A stretch of 64,000 nucleotides of DNA from assembly GCA_021815205.1 (NCBI GenBank), contig JAKAHD010000002.1:45538-109537 (forward strand), in the 5' to 3' direction. Position 1 is the first letter of the stretch. Each line of letters begins with the position of its first letter. A program made the translations under genes and the position numbers. Positions 54,857 to 64,000 of this stretch are shown here, in pieces. The stretch is from a bacterium. GTDB lineage: Bacteria; Patescibacteriota; Minisyncoccia; UBA6257; GWB1-50-10. The notes under the pieces were generated by a model. The model did no database searches. It saw nothing but the letters and a program-made list of their open reading frames with translations, and was not told where the DNA came from.

Positions 54857-55765
54857 ATGACCTTATACACCCAAGCATCCTCAAATGTCCGAAAAACGTG
54901 GGCGCTTCTCATGGGTTTTTTCGTGCTCATTATCGCGATCGGCTGGACTTTTAGTTATGCGTATCAGTCGCCGGGCATTCTTGTTTTTGCCGTTATGGTG
55001 AGTGTGATAATGAGTGTCACGAGCTACTGGTTTTCGGATAAGATCGTGCTTGCGAGTGCGGGTGCGAAACCAATCGAGAAAAAGGACAATCCGGAATTAT
55101 ATCGCCTCGTCGAAAATCTTACTATCGCCTCTGGGCTCCCAATGCCGAAGCTTTACGTGATCCCGAATCCCGCGCCGAACGCGTTCGCGACGGGGCGCGA
55201 CAAGGAACACGCGGTCGTAGCCGTAACGCAGGGACTTTTAGATGTCATGAACAAGCAGGAGCTTGAGGGAGTCCTCGCGCATGAGCTTTCGCACATCGGC
55301 AACAAGGATATGCTCGTCTCGACGGTCGTCGTGGTCCTTGTGGGTGTAATTTCGCTCCTCGCCGACTGGTTCTTACGGATGAGTTTCTTCGGTGGAAGGA
55401 GAGATGACAGGGACTCGGGCGGCAATATTATGTTTTTTCTTGGCATCGCAGGCGCGATTCTCGCGCCGATTGCGGCGACCTTGATCCAGCTCGCGATCTC
55501 AAGAAAGCGGGAGTTTTTGGCGGACGCCTCGGGCGCCCTCCTCACGCGGTATCCCGAAGGGCTCGCGAGCGCACTCCAAAAACTGGAGGCGAACCCGTAC
55601 AGCATGAAAGCATCGTCCGCAACCGCGCATCTCTATTTTGCAAACCCGTTCAAGGCGGATAGGGGAGAGAAAGATTCGAAGAAGATACCCTGGGTTACGA
55701 AACTTTTCATGACGCATCCCCCGATTGAGGAGCGCATTAAAGTATTGCGTCAGATGTCGGTCTGA
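54857..55765 (+). CDS. htpX: zinc metalloprotease HtpX (M48)
   Basis: HELSHIGNKDM (HExxH), 4 TM, C-terminal FMTHPP.EERI. Confidence 0.85.
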   Translation: MTLYTQASSNVRKTWALLMGFFVLIIAIGWTFSYAYQSPGILVFAVMVSVIMSVTSYWFSDKIVLASAGAKPIEKKDNPELYRLVENLTIASGLPMPKLYVIPNPAPNAFATGRDKEHAVVAVTQGLLDVMNKQELEGVLAHELSHIGNKDMLVSTVVVVLVGVISLLADWFLRMSFFGGRRDDRDSGGNIMFFLGIAGAILAPIAATLIQLAISRKREFLADASGALLTRYPEGLASALQKLEANPYSMKASSATAHLYFANPFKADRGEKDSKKIPWVTKLFMTHPPIEERIKVLRQMSV

Positions 55766-55881
55766 TTCATCAGGATCCATCTCAAAAGTACTCAGAATTA
55801 TGCTCTGGGACTCCTCGAATGCGCCAAGGAAGTTCAACTTCTTTAGAGAGTCGAACTTCGAAGACACTCCGCGTTGAAACA

Positions 55882-55915
55882 CCGAGGGTGCTATGACATG
55901 TCATAGCACCCTCGG
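55882..55915. repeat. perfect 34-bp palindrome ccgagggtgctatgacatgtcatagcaccctcgg (P family)
   Basis: Exact self-complementarity. Confidence 0.9.
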
Positions 55916-55955
55916 TGCGGTGGAAAAAAGGGGATGATTGTGTAATAATAAAGGC

Positions 55956-56927
55956 ATGAAGAAGAATGATGGTTTTATACCGCTGTGGGCGCTCCTCGTC
56001 GCGCTCGGCGTGATCGTAGTCGCGGGAGGAGTGTGGTATCTCAACTCATCGTCGGGGACAAAAGTATTTGACCCGAGTCCCAATGATCCGATTTGGCGGG
56101 TGTACACCGACACCGCGAACGGATTTGAAGTAAAGTATCCAACGGGAGTTACGCTCCAAGAGCAGAACGGCGACGTCTCCCTCTCTTTTCCGGGAGATAA
56201 GGCGCGCATTTATCTTAAGGTAACCAACACACTCTCCGCACCGCTTTTCGGGACGTTCGGCGGCTGGTATCAATATAACAAAGCCGCGGGGTCACCAAAT
56301 CTCGTGTCCACCGGCACAATCGGTAACTTCGCAGTAGATTATTTTATGCAAGATGCCGGCATGGGGTCGTGGGACAGAGCGATAAATGCGTATCAGACGA
56401 AGAACGGCACCTATTATGAATTATCCTTGTATTATCCGCGGGAATTCAGCGTGCCGGCCGGCGCTGATCACCAAGCCGCTATTGCGGAGGCAAGCGCTGA
56501 TTTGCACGATCTGAACAACGCATATGTGAAGACATTTACGAAAATTCTTAATACATTCCGGTTTACCCTGCCGCAGGGAGTGGAGAAGAAAACATGGAAC
56601 GGAATGACTTTCGACTATCCGGCCGGGTGGACGGTGAGGGAAGATACGTACGCGACACCCGCGCAGACAGCGGAAGGCACCCCACCTTCAGTGGTTGGTC
56701 TCAGTATCGAAAAAGTAACGGGAGCAGAACAATATTTTATTGAGATCGGCGGGCGTCAAGCCGACTGCCGCGGAAACAGCGGTTATGCGAAGTGCGTGAC
56801 TATTCAAACGCCGGATAAACAGCTTTGGCCCGTGCACACAATAAACAGAGACTCCGACACTTTGAGCGTTTTCGATTCAATCGTTCAGAGCATCGTGCAG
56901 CACGGCGGCGCGATCTACCGCTACTAA
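55956..56927 (+). CDS. hypothetical membrane-anchored/secreted protein
   Basis: Start at MKKNDGFIPLWALLVALGVIVVAGG (signal anchor); no motif recognised. Confidence 0.5.
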   Translation: MKKNDGFIPLWALLVALGVIVVAGGVWYLNSSSGTKVFDPSPNDPIWRVYTDTANGFEVKYPTGVTLQEQNGDVSLSFPGDKARIYLKVTNTLSAPLFGTFGGWYQYNKAAGSPNLVSTGTIGNFAVDYFMQDAGMGSWDRAINAYQTKNGTYYELSLYYPREFSVPAGADHQAAIAEASADLHDLNNAYVKTFTKILNTFRFTLPQGVEKKTWNGMTFDYPAGWTVREDTYATPAQTAEGTPPSVVGLSIEKVTGAEQYFIEIGGRQADCRGNSGYAKCVTIQTPDKQLWPVHTINRDSDTLSVFDSIVQSIVQHGGAIYRY

Positions 56928-56970
56928 AGTAGGAAAGTAGGAATCGAAAATCTGTTTTGGGGATAATATA

Positions 56971-56997
56971 AAAACCTCGCATAAGACGAGGTTTTTC
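56971..56997. terminator. bidirectional rho-independent terminator
   Basis: aaaacctcg-cataaga-cgaggtttttc; A-run upstream, T-run downstream; convergent genes on both sides. Confidence 0.8.
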
Positions 56998-57018
56998 TGT
57001 GATTAATGTTCAGATTTT

Positions 57019-57365
57019 TCAGATGCTCAAGGCGATCTGAATTAATCCCTTCGACACCTTTTTTCGGTCTTCCGGGCCAAGTGACTCTCCCGTGGGAATC
57101 ACATCGCTCACCATAAGGATGGTAAGAGCTCGTATTCCATACAGTGCCGCGCGGGTGTAGAGCTCTGCGCTTTCCATTTCAACAGCAAGGACCCCGTATT
57201 TCGTCCAAAGCTTCCACTCGTCCGGATATTCATCGTCGTAGAAGAAATCCGTTGCGAGGATGTTGCCGACTCGGATGGGAATAGTACCCCTTTCTCTGTA
57301 TCCGAGGGAAGAGGAAGAAGGGAGATAATATCGGAAATGGGAGACGTCGAAAAACTTACGGAGCT
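57019..57365 (-). pseudogene. deoD: truncated purine nucleoside phosphorylase DeoD-type (C-terminal ~110 aa only), disrupted by repeat C2
   Basis: RVGNILATDFFYDDEYPDEWKLWTKYGVLAVEMESAELYTRAALYGIRALTILMVSDV matches DeoD/PNP-UDP C-terminus; N-terminal ~130 aa replaced by repeat-derived sequence. Confidence 0.6.
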
Positions 57366-57374
57366 TGTGGAGCC

Positions 57375-57560
57375 CTACGGCTTTACCCCCACACCATGGG
57401 CTCATGATGTGGGGGGTTTACACCCGTGGCACCGCTCCACACGCTTCGTCAGGCGAAACCCTCCGAAGCGATCCTTCTTCGCCAAAGGCTACGAAGGATA
57501 CCCTCCTTTGCATTCATCCATGGGCTTACACCCGTGGTTTTCTGCGAAGGAGGGTAAAAA
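57375..57560. repeat. composite repeat C2 (Y palindrome 57385-57417 plus conserved core shared with C1)
   Basis: acggctttacccccacaccatggg...tttacacccgtggcaccgctccacacgcttcgtcaggcgaaaccctccgaagcg aligns with 16033-16130. Confidence 0.7.
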
Positions 57561-57635
57561 AGTTTCGTGATGACCTGAACTGAAAGCGGTTCCATAATTT
57601 TTGACCGGAGATTTTGAAAATATGATTTCTGCCCC

Positions 57636-57661
57636 AGGTGCTATGCTATAGCATAGCACCT
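57636..57661. repeat. perfect 26-bp palindrome aggtgctatgctatagcatagcacct (P family)
   Basis: Exact self-complementarity. Confidence 0.9.
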
Positions 57662-57708
57662 AATGTATTTCAATACCTGTAGACATTGTTATCCTCTCTC
57701 CTGCGAAA

Positions 57709-58224
57709 GTGCGGGAGAAGATCGGGAAAGAAATAAGAAGGGGGACAAAGGGTTACCCATGTTACTTTCTCGTTGATAACACAAAGCTCATTCCGCATCT
57801 GAGTTTGTGGCATGTACGGATGAGGGAGAAGGATATCAAAGTGCTTTCTGAGGAATTGAAGAAGCTGCTAAGAAAGCAAAATTCGATTGTCATACGCGCT
57901 CCGAGGTTTGAGGTCTCGAAGCGGAGCAACATAGTCAGTTTCGCGGTTCAGGGCTCTCAATCACTTTCCTCGCTTCAATTGCTCGGGTTGTGGAAAGGGG
58001 AGACGCTCAAAGAAGCAAGGAAGTACGGCCGACCGTTCCGGTTTGATCCGTACTTCACAATGGGGGTAATGAGGCGGCGCGAAGACACACTCACGGTGGA
58101 AAAGAATATGCAAGGAGTGAGATTCCAATTCGCCGCGAACGAGATTTACATTTGCGAGGTAAATCGCTGGTGGCAAGTGACGAGGATGATAAAAAAGATA
58201 ACGTTTGGAAAAAGTTATAAGTAG
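57709..58224 (+). CDS. hypothetical protein (single H-x-S/T-x motif; possible degenerate 2H phosphoesterase-like) flanked by P palindromes
   Basis: 171 aa; PHLSLWHV resembles one HxTx motif of the 2H family, second motif not found. Confidence 0.35.
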   Translation: MREKIGKEIRRGTKGYPCYFLVDNTKLIPHLSLWHVRMREKDIKVLSEELKKLLRKQNSIVIRAPRFEVSKRSNIVSFAVQGSQSLSSLQLLGLWKGETLKEARKYGRPFRFDPYFTMGVMRRREDTLTVEKNMQGVRFQFAANEIYICEVNRWWQVTRMIKKITFGKSYK

Positions 58225-58245
58225 GTAGTATCGAGTAATTGGTGA

Positions 58246-58271
58246 GGGTGTTATGACGCGTCATAACACCC
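58246..58271. repeat. perfect 26-bp palindrome gggtgttatgacgcgtcataacaccc (P family variant)
   Basis: Exact self-complementarity. Confidence 0.85.
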
Positions 58272-58490
58272 CAAATTTCTTGCGTGGTACCCCAGTGGTA
58301 AATAGGATGGATAAAAAATATAAGAACCCGGGATTGCTCCTGAGTTCTTTTCGTATCACCTCATAAATAAGCCGCGTATTTGATTTTACATCTTGCGGGA
58401 TGTAGAGTAACGAAACTGGAAGAGTCGCATTGCGCCTCATCGGCGCATCCGCCGCTGAGACGAAAGCAGTAAATAAGATGTACTACAAAA

Positions 58491-58580
58491 GGAGGGGTCG
58501 CATAGCGGTCTAGTGCGCAGTCCTGGAAAGACTGTATACCCGAAAGGGTATCGAGGGTTCAAATCCCTCCCCCTCCGCCA
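58491..58580 (+). tRNA. tRNA-Ser (anticodon GGA), CCA encoded
   Basis: Acceptor ggagggg/cccctcc, anticodon stem cagtc/gactg loop cuGGAaa, long variable arm tataccc-gaaa-gggtat, T-arm gaggg-ttcaaat-ccctc, discriminator G. Confidence 0.85.
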
Positions 58581-58619
58581 ATACACAAACAGGATATCTT
58601 TATGGTATCCTGTTTGTGT
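58581..58619 (+). terminator. hairpin terminator after tRNA-Ser
   Basis: atacacaaacaggatatc-ttta-tggtatcctgtttgtgtat perfect 17-bp stem. Confidence 0.6.
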
Positions 58620-58741
58620 ATCTTGACGTGCGGATTTGAACGGAACTTTCGCGCCTGCAGGGCAGGATTCAGCGAAAGTCCGTGGCTTCGGAGGAGCAAT
58701 TTCATTTGAGCGAAGCGAATATGTAAATTGCGGAGGAGAAG

Positions 58742-58802
58742 AAATCCCTCCCCCTCCGCCAATACACAAACAGGATATCTTTATGGTATCCTGTTTGTGT
58801 AT
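58742..58802 (+). repeat. 61-bp exact direct repeat of tRNA-Ser 3' end + terminator (copy 1 at 58561-58621); att-site-like
   Basis: aaatccctccccctccgccaatacacaaacaggatatctttatggtatcctgtttgtgtat occurs twice 181 bp apart. Confidence 0.85.
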
Positions 58803-59000
58803 TGGCGGTGTCTTCTGGTTAAAATCCGAACCTACTTTGATGAACATCCGGACGAGGAATGAACCGCCCCGCCGCCGCTCGCTTCGCTCGCTGTTCCGCT
58901 TGAGCGTATTTTTGGCTTGGTTGGCGTCTTTTTCATGTTGTACACAACGCGCATGTTTTGACGTTCTCTCGTTTTGGTATAATGATCACTGTACGGGATC

Positions 59001-62000
59001 ATGAACTATACCAATAGGTATTTTGTACTTTCCCTCCTTGGCGCGGTGGCGTTTCTCTTTATTGTCGCATCTCCCGCACACGCGGCGGTTGTGGGCACAT
59101 CAACCGCAATCACCTCGAACGCCCTGAATACCTTGAGCGCGAATACCCGGGCGGCGGTCTTGAATTTGGATCTTAGCGCGAACGGAACGCCGCAGGAGGC
59201 GTTCAACAGTGTTACCGTTACCGTCGCGACCTCGAGCGTCGCCACATCCACTCCGTTTTCCACATCGAGTTTATCCTTTTTGGGCGTTGCGAAGGACGTG
59301 AACGCGAACGGCATCTTTGACGGAACTGACACAGTGCTCGCGACCTCGAGCGTTGCGGGGATTAACGCCACGACCACGGTGAATATCGCTGCGGCAACCT
59401 CAACGCCCGCGAACGGAAATTTCTTTGTGTTTCTTCAGACGAGCGCCACGTCAACCTTCACTGATAACGGCGCTCCGGAAAACGGCGCGGCGGTAGCGCA
59501 AAAATTTGTGGTGCGCATCAGCACTTCGACCGGCGTCGTCGCCTCGTCAACAAACGCGAGTTTGACGGGCGCGACCTCAACCGCGGTATTTACCGCCGAC
59601 ATCCATTCGCAGGCGCCCGTTCCGGGAGCGATCACTCCCCACTTTGATTCTTCGAACAGCACCTACAGTATTTCGAGCAGTGGGGGAGCTGGGGAGCTTG
59701 GTGTGGTGTATGTGTACGCTACTTCGACCGTGGGCGCGACGCCCATCGCCACGAGTTCCGTGAATCAAAGCGGCGTCTTCAGTGCGTCTCTAGGCGCCAC
59801 CTACCGCCCTTCTATCTGGATGGACGCGACCGATGTCGCGGGAAATGCCACGAGCTCCAAGGCGCAATTCAATCTCTCGGCGTACAAGCCCACCGTTACT
59901 TCGCTTGGCGTTTTTACGGATAGAATCATCATGCAGGTAACGAAACCCTTGCGCGGCGACCAGGCGAGCATCTGTTCCAACTATCTCGTGAACGGCGCGG
60001 CGCCGAACTGTTCGAACTCGCCCGGCGCGCCTTATATCGAATTCAGCGGCAATCAGGTTGTTCTAAAGAACCTCTCCTTGTCCGGCACGGCAAGTTTCAG
60101 TGTGAACGGTCTGATACAAGATACGAACGCCGACCAATTCCCGCTTTCATTTTCAACCTCAAGCGTCGCGGTGCAAACCGTATCGGTGCCGACGGTGAGC
60201 GGCGTAACCCCTTCCTCCGGCCAGGCGGGAAATACGGTGACGATTGCCGGAACAAATTTCGGTACCGCGACCGGAACCGTGTACTTCAGCGGCGGCTTTG
60301 ACCCCACGACCGGCCCCAAACAGCCCGTCGAAGCATCCACGACTGCGTGGAGCAACACCTCGATCACCGCGACCGTGCCAACGGGGGCGCAAGGCGGGCC
60401 GGTACAAGTTATTACGTCCGGCGGAATGATGTCGGACGTGAACCAAAACACCTTCTTTGATATTCTCGGAAATGCGTATTTCAAACTTGCGCTCGCGACT
60501 TCGAGCGCTCCTATTGCGACGTCTACCAACATGCGAATCTTTGTAGGCGATAAAAACGGCGAGCATGTGTATTACGCGGGCGACGCCTCGAGTACCAGCT
60601 TTAACGCAACCACCTATGTCTATACTATTCCGAACATTTCAGGAAACGGTTTTGTCTGGGCCTACGACGCGTCGGGAACAAATCTCCCTGCACCGGGAAC
60701 GCAACTGCAATCCGGGACCTCTTCTTCGACTCCACAAACACTCGTGCTCGCGAGTTCCACGCCCTACAGCGTATCAGGCACAATCACACTCGGCACCTCA
60801 TGCATCGCCGCGTATAAAAATCAAAATGTGGCGGTGATGGCAATCCCGCAGGGCGCGAGTGCGGCAATGGGTCCGGGGGGCGTTCAGCCCGCCTTCTTCA
60901 CGACGGACACCGCGTGTCAAACCTCCTATGCGCTCGCTCTCCCCGGGGCCGGCACCTACGACGTGGAGGCGCACCTTCCTCCGTCAACGTCCGCGGGGGG
61001 TCTTCTCGACCCTGCGGGGCAGACGGCGGTGATTACCGGCGGCACGCCAACTGCAACAGCGAACTTTACCTTTACGACCGCGGCTCATTCGATTTATGGC
61101 CGGGTCGTGGGGGGTGATGGCGCTGCGCTTACTGCGGACAAGTACAACAACTTGTGGGTTTTTGCCTATCAGCCGATCGCGGGCGGCCAAGGAGGCGCGG
61201 CGCGCCCCGATACGAGCGGCTATTTCCGGCTCTATGCCGCAGCCGGTGCGTATAAATTGAGTGTGGGCGGACCTGCAATGCCCTCGGGCATTGAACAAGA
61301 CGTACTCGTTACCACAAGCACTTCGTTTGCCGCGGACGCCTCGACGCCGGTCGTCACGATAAAACTTGCGCCGCCTACAAGCTACATTGAAGGGTACGTG
61401 AAAGACGGTGCGAACAACGCTATCGCAAGTGCCGACGTCTTTTCCTATTGCGCAAATGGCCCGGGCGGCGGGCGCGGCACCACCGATTCGCAGGGGTACT
61501 ACAAGATGTTCGTGCCGCCATGCTCGAACTATCATGTGAGCGGATTCTCGCCGCAGTACGGCCAGTTCACCGAGCAGACGGGGATTGCGATCGCGAACGC
61601 CGCGAGCACCGCAACCGTGAACTTTACGCTTTCAAGTTCGGATTTCGTCACGGTGAGCGGTACGGTAAGCAAAAATAGCACGCCGGTCGCGAGTGCAAAC
61701 GTCTGGATTACACAGGGTACCTTTGGAGGAAGTGTTGCCGGCGGCCAGACGGACGCAAACGGCGCATTTTCACTCAAGGTCCGTACAGGCCTTTCGAATC
61801 TGTATGTGCACGCGGCCGTGAACGGACAGGGAGAGCTTGCAAGCGCGGCGCTCGCGAACGGCGGGACGGTTTCAAGCAACCAGACCGGAATCTCCCTCTC
61901 GTCAAGCGTTGCCACACTCACCATTCAATTGAAACCCGGAAATACATTCAGCCAGGTATTCTTAGGCGCCCACAGTGCATCGGGTGGCGGTTATACAAAT

Positions 62001-64000
62001 ACCGCGACGGCGACCTCTACCGATCACGATACCTATCAAATCAGCGTACCCTATGCTCCGGGCGGCACCCTCTACACTATTGACGGCGGGATACCGAACT
62101 TTGGCCCCATTCCAGCAACCTCCACGACGGTTACGGGCAACGCAACGATTATTATTGACCTGAGCTCCATCAACTATTACACCGTTTCGGGGAGTGTCAC
62201 GGGAGATTTTAATGGCGCGTTCGTCTGGGCGGGAGGCGTAAATGGCGGAGGCGGCACGCAGGTGAGCTCCTCAACCGGCGCCTTTTCAATGACGCTCCGG
62301 CAGGGGACGTATGATATCGGTGTGAACAAACCCGGGTATAGCGGATCGCTCCTTGCAAGCCAAAACATTTCCACAACCACGACTGGGTTGAGCTTATCCC
62401 TTACCCAAAGTACAAGCACCTTAAGCGGTACCGTATCCTATAACGGTACGGCGGTGGATGGCGTGCGGGTGTGGGCGGATAACGCGTCAGGCGGCTGGGC
62501 CGGAGGGCAGACAGACGCGAACGGCGCATTCAGCTTGAGCGTTTCCCCTGGTTCGTGGAGAATTCACGCACTTGCGGACGGATATGAGTTGTTGTCTCCG
62601 CTTCTTGTCACGGCTCCCGCGAGCGGACTTTCCTTGAACTTGAGCGCCGTGAATTTCACCCCGGCACAGCAGTTGCAATCCATAAGTCCGAGCGCCGGCG
62701 GCATAGTGCAAACCTCAAGCACGCTTGTGCAAATTCCACAAGGCGCGTTGGGGAGCGGTTCCACCAATGTGCAGCTTTCGGTTGCGGATACCATGAGCAC
62801 GCCGAGCAAGAAAGGCGCAAAAGTCATCGGTAACGGCAAGAATATCAGCGCTTCCTACGCGTCGGGCGCGAGCCAGGGGCAGGCGATTACGACACTTTCG
62901 GGGAACATCACTCTACAGTTCGTGCTGACGAAGGCGGAACTCATCGCGGACGGCATCACCAACTTGACCGCGGCGCAGAAAATGCAGATAGGGTATGACG
63001 ATACGACCTCGAACTCGTGGACCTACATTCCCACAACCGTGACGGCAAGTTCGACGGACGGCACATGGAACACGCTCGAGTCCATCACGCTTTCCGGCAC
63101 GACAAGCCACCTTTCGACGTATGCGCCGGTTTCGCCGACCTCGGGGAGTGCACCCAACACGCCGACCGGTGTCTCTGCTTCGGCTGGCAACGGGCAGGTA
63201 ACACTCTCCTGGGATGCGGTAAGCGGCGCGACAAAGTATGATGTCTATAAACAGAGCGGATCTGAGTATGTGTATCTCGCGCAGACGACATCCCTCTCCT
63301 CTACCGAGACGGGCCTTACAAACGGCACCACCTATTATTACAAAGTTTCTGCATTAGACGACAGCGATAATGAGTCAGCGGCGAGCGCCGCCGTATCCGC
63401 AACTCCGAGCGCGCCGAGCAGTGGCGGCGGCGGAGGAGGAGGAGCCGCTCCCGCGCCCTACTTCACGGTTCAAAATGGCGCATCTTCCGTCTCGAACCCG
63501 GATGTGATGCTCGAGATGTTTGTGCCTTCCGACATCCATACGATGTCCTTTGCAACCTCCTCAAGCGGTTTATCGGCTTCTTCAAGCGTGCCGTATGCCT
63601 CGCAGTACGCATGGAATCTTTGCGGCATTGCGGGAACACCGTGCGCTCCCGGCGTATATACCGTATATGGAAGGTTCTTTACCACGACGGGCGGCCCCGT
63701 CTATGACGCAACGCGATCCGTAACGCTTGTTGCAAGCGCGACAAGCTCTCCCGCCGCGCTTCCTTCGGTCTCTACGCCTGCATCTGCGGGAACCGTTCCC
63801 GCTTCATTCGCGAGCGCATCTGAATTGCAGGCGGTGTTTACCTACCCCTTAATGCGGGGGGTTCGCGGGAACGCAGTAACCCGTCTCCAGGAACTTTTAT
63901 CAGAAGACCGCACGTTATATCCCGAAGGCAGCATCACCGGTTACTTTGGCCCGCTGACCGAACGCGCGGTACAACGATTTCAAAAGAAATACGGAATTGT
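59001..64000 (+). CDS. giant secreted/cell-surface protein, partial (3' end beyond window; >1666 aa)
   Basis: ATG 59001, signal peptide MNYTNRYFVLSLLGAVAFLFIVASPAHAA; frame 0 open to window end (no closed ORFs listed in this frame); IPT/TIG-like (~60186-60480), CarboxypepD_reg-like repeats (~61080-61560), FN3 (~63150-63410), PG_binding_1-like (~63830-63990); Thr/Ser/Ala/Gly-rich. Confidence 0.8.
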   Translation, partial: MNYTNRYFVLSLLGAVAFLFIVASPAHAAVVGTSTAITSNALNTLSANTRAAVLNLDLSANGTPQEAFNSVTVTVATSSVATSTPFSTSSLSFLGVAKDVNANGIFDGTDTVLATSSVAGINATTTVNIAAATSTPANGNFFVFLQTSATSTFTDNGAPENGAAVAQKFVVRISTSTGVVASSTNASLTGATSTAVFTADIHSQAPVPGAITPHFDSSNSTYSISSSGGAGELGVVYVYATSTVGATPIATSSVNQSGVFSASLGATYRPSIWMDATDVAGNATSSKAQFNLSAYKPTVTSLGVFTDRIIMQVTKPLRGDQASICSNYLVNGAAPNCSNSPGAPYIEFSGNQVVLKNLSLSGTASFSVNGLIQDTNADQFPLSFSTSSVAVQTVSVPTVSGVTPSSGQAGNTVTIAGTNFGTATGTVYFSGGFDPTTGPKQPVEASTTAWSNTSITATVPTGAQGGPVQVITSGGMMSDVNQNTFFDILGNAYFKLALATSSAPIATSTNMRIFVGDKNGEHVYYAGDASSTSFNATTYVYTIPNISGNGFVWAYDASGTNLPAPGTQLQSGTSSSTPQTLVLASSTPYSVSGTITLGTSCIAAYKNQNVAVMAIPQGASAAMGPGGVQPAFFTTDTACQTSYALALPGAGTYDVEAHLPPSTSAGGLLDPAGQTAVITGGTPTATANFTFTTAAHSIYGRVVGGDGAALTADKYNNLWVFAYQPIAGGQGGAARPDTSGYFRLYAAAGAYKLSVGGPAMPSGIEQDVLVTTSTSFAADASTPVVTIKLAPPTSYIEGYVKDGANNAIASADVFSYCANGPGGGRGTTDSQGYYKMFVPPCSNYHVSGFSPQYGQFTEQTGIAIANAASTATVNFTLSSSDFVTVSGTVSKNSTPVASANVWITQGTFGGSVAGGQTDANGAFSLKVRTGLSNLYVHAAVNGQGELASAALANGGTVSSNQTGISLSSSVATLTIQLKPGNTFSQVFLGAHSASGGGYTNTATATSTDHDTYQISVPYAPGGTLYTIDGGIPNFGPIPATSTTVTGNATIIIDLSSINYYTVSGSVTGDFNGAFVWAGGVNGGGGTQVSSSTGAFSMTLRQGTYDIGVNKPGYSGSLLASQNISTTTTGLSLSLTQSTSTLSGTVSYNGTAVDGVRVWADNASGGWAGGQTDANGAFSLSVSPGSWRIHALADGYELLSPLLVTAPASGLSLNLSAVNFTPAQQLQSISPSAGGIVQTSSTLVQIPQGALGSGSTNVQLSVADTMSTPSKKGAKVIGNGKNISASYASGASQGQAITTLSGNITLQFVLTKAELIADGITNLTAAQKMQIGYDDTTSNSWTYIPTTVTASSTDGTWNTLESITLSGTTSHLSTYAPVSPTSGSAPNTPTGVSASAGNGQVTLSWDAVSGATKYDVYKQSGSEYVYLAQTTSLSSTETGLTNGTTYYYKVSALDDSDNESAASAAVSATPSAPSSGGGGGGGAAPAPYFTVQNGASSVSNPDVMLEMFVPSDIHTMSFATSSSGLSASSSVPYASQYAWNLCGIAGTPCAPGVYTVYGRFFTTTGGPVYDATRSVTLVASATSSPAALPSVSTPASAGTVPASFASASELQAVFTYPLMRGVRGNAVTRLQELLSEDRTLYPEGSITGYFGPLTERAVQRFQKKYGI

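Noticed and set aside
58622-58741. RNase P RNA-like gaaagtccg motif and tRNA on either strand between the tRNA-Ser duplicates
   Set aside because: Only ~120 nt available, far too short for RNase P RNA. No cloverleaf on either strand. The similarity is limited to a 9-mer.
1-64000. CRISPR array or cas genes
   Set aside because: No array of regularly spaced identical direct repeats with unique spacers. The only Cas-like signal is the Cas2-like fold inside a PaaX-type regulator, with no cas1 or array nearby.

Overview
This 64-kb window looks like a streamlined bacterial chromosome segment (roughly 55% GC; gene content and small protein sizes are compatible with a CPR/Patescibacteria-like organism, which is inference only). 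Core content is the tail of the ribosomal-protein/alpha operon (infA-rpmJ-rpsM-rpsK-rpsD-rpoA-rplQ, then rplM-rpsI), two mreB paralogs with mreC-mreD-PBP2, holB, frr, rseP, ddl, proS, greA, lysS, serS, ftsQ, a type IV pilin, an HrcA/CIRCE heat-shock regulon (hrcA-grpE-dnaK-dnaJ and groES-groEL), xseAB, a P-type ATPase, mazG, nfo, ogt, parA/parB, relA/spoT, thyA-folA, lemA-htpX, tRNA-Leu(CAA) and tRNA-Ser(GGA). A giant (>1660 aa, 3'-truncated) surface protein begins at 59001 and is missing from the ORF track because no stop falls in the window. Coordinates of the small repeats and motifs were counted by hand and may be off by 1-2 nt. The intergenic DNA is unusually dense with small repeat families: (i) roughly 110-bp imperfect palindromes built from TACGAA(T)/CACGAAT units that fill intergenic gaps (ERIC-like); (ii) perfect 24-34-bp GGTGCTATG...CATAGCACC palindromes flanking small accessory genes; (iii) nested MITE-like elements (here called X, Y, Z, W, with composites C1/C2), one of which disrupted a deoD gene; (iv) a conserved leader that encodes a tiny uORF coupled by ATGA overlap to mreC and to a Cys-rich gene while an inverted repeat sequesters the RBS. 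Other points: a PaaX/Cas2-like regulator flanked by 34- and 42-bp perfect palindromes, a free-standing LAGLIDADG homing endonuclease abutting tRNA-Leu, a 61-bp duplication of the tRNA-Ser 3' end (att-like), an RpoA with no alpha-CTD, and a candidate structured RNA/leader with a perfect sigma70 promoter between folA and lemA.
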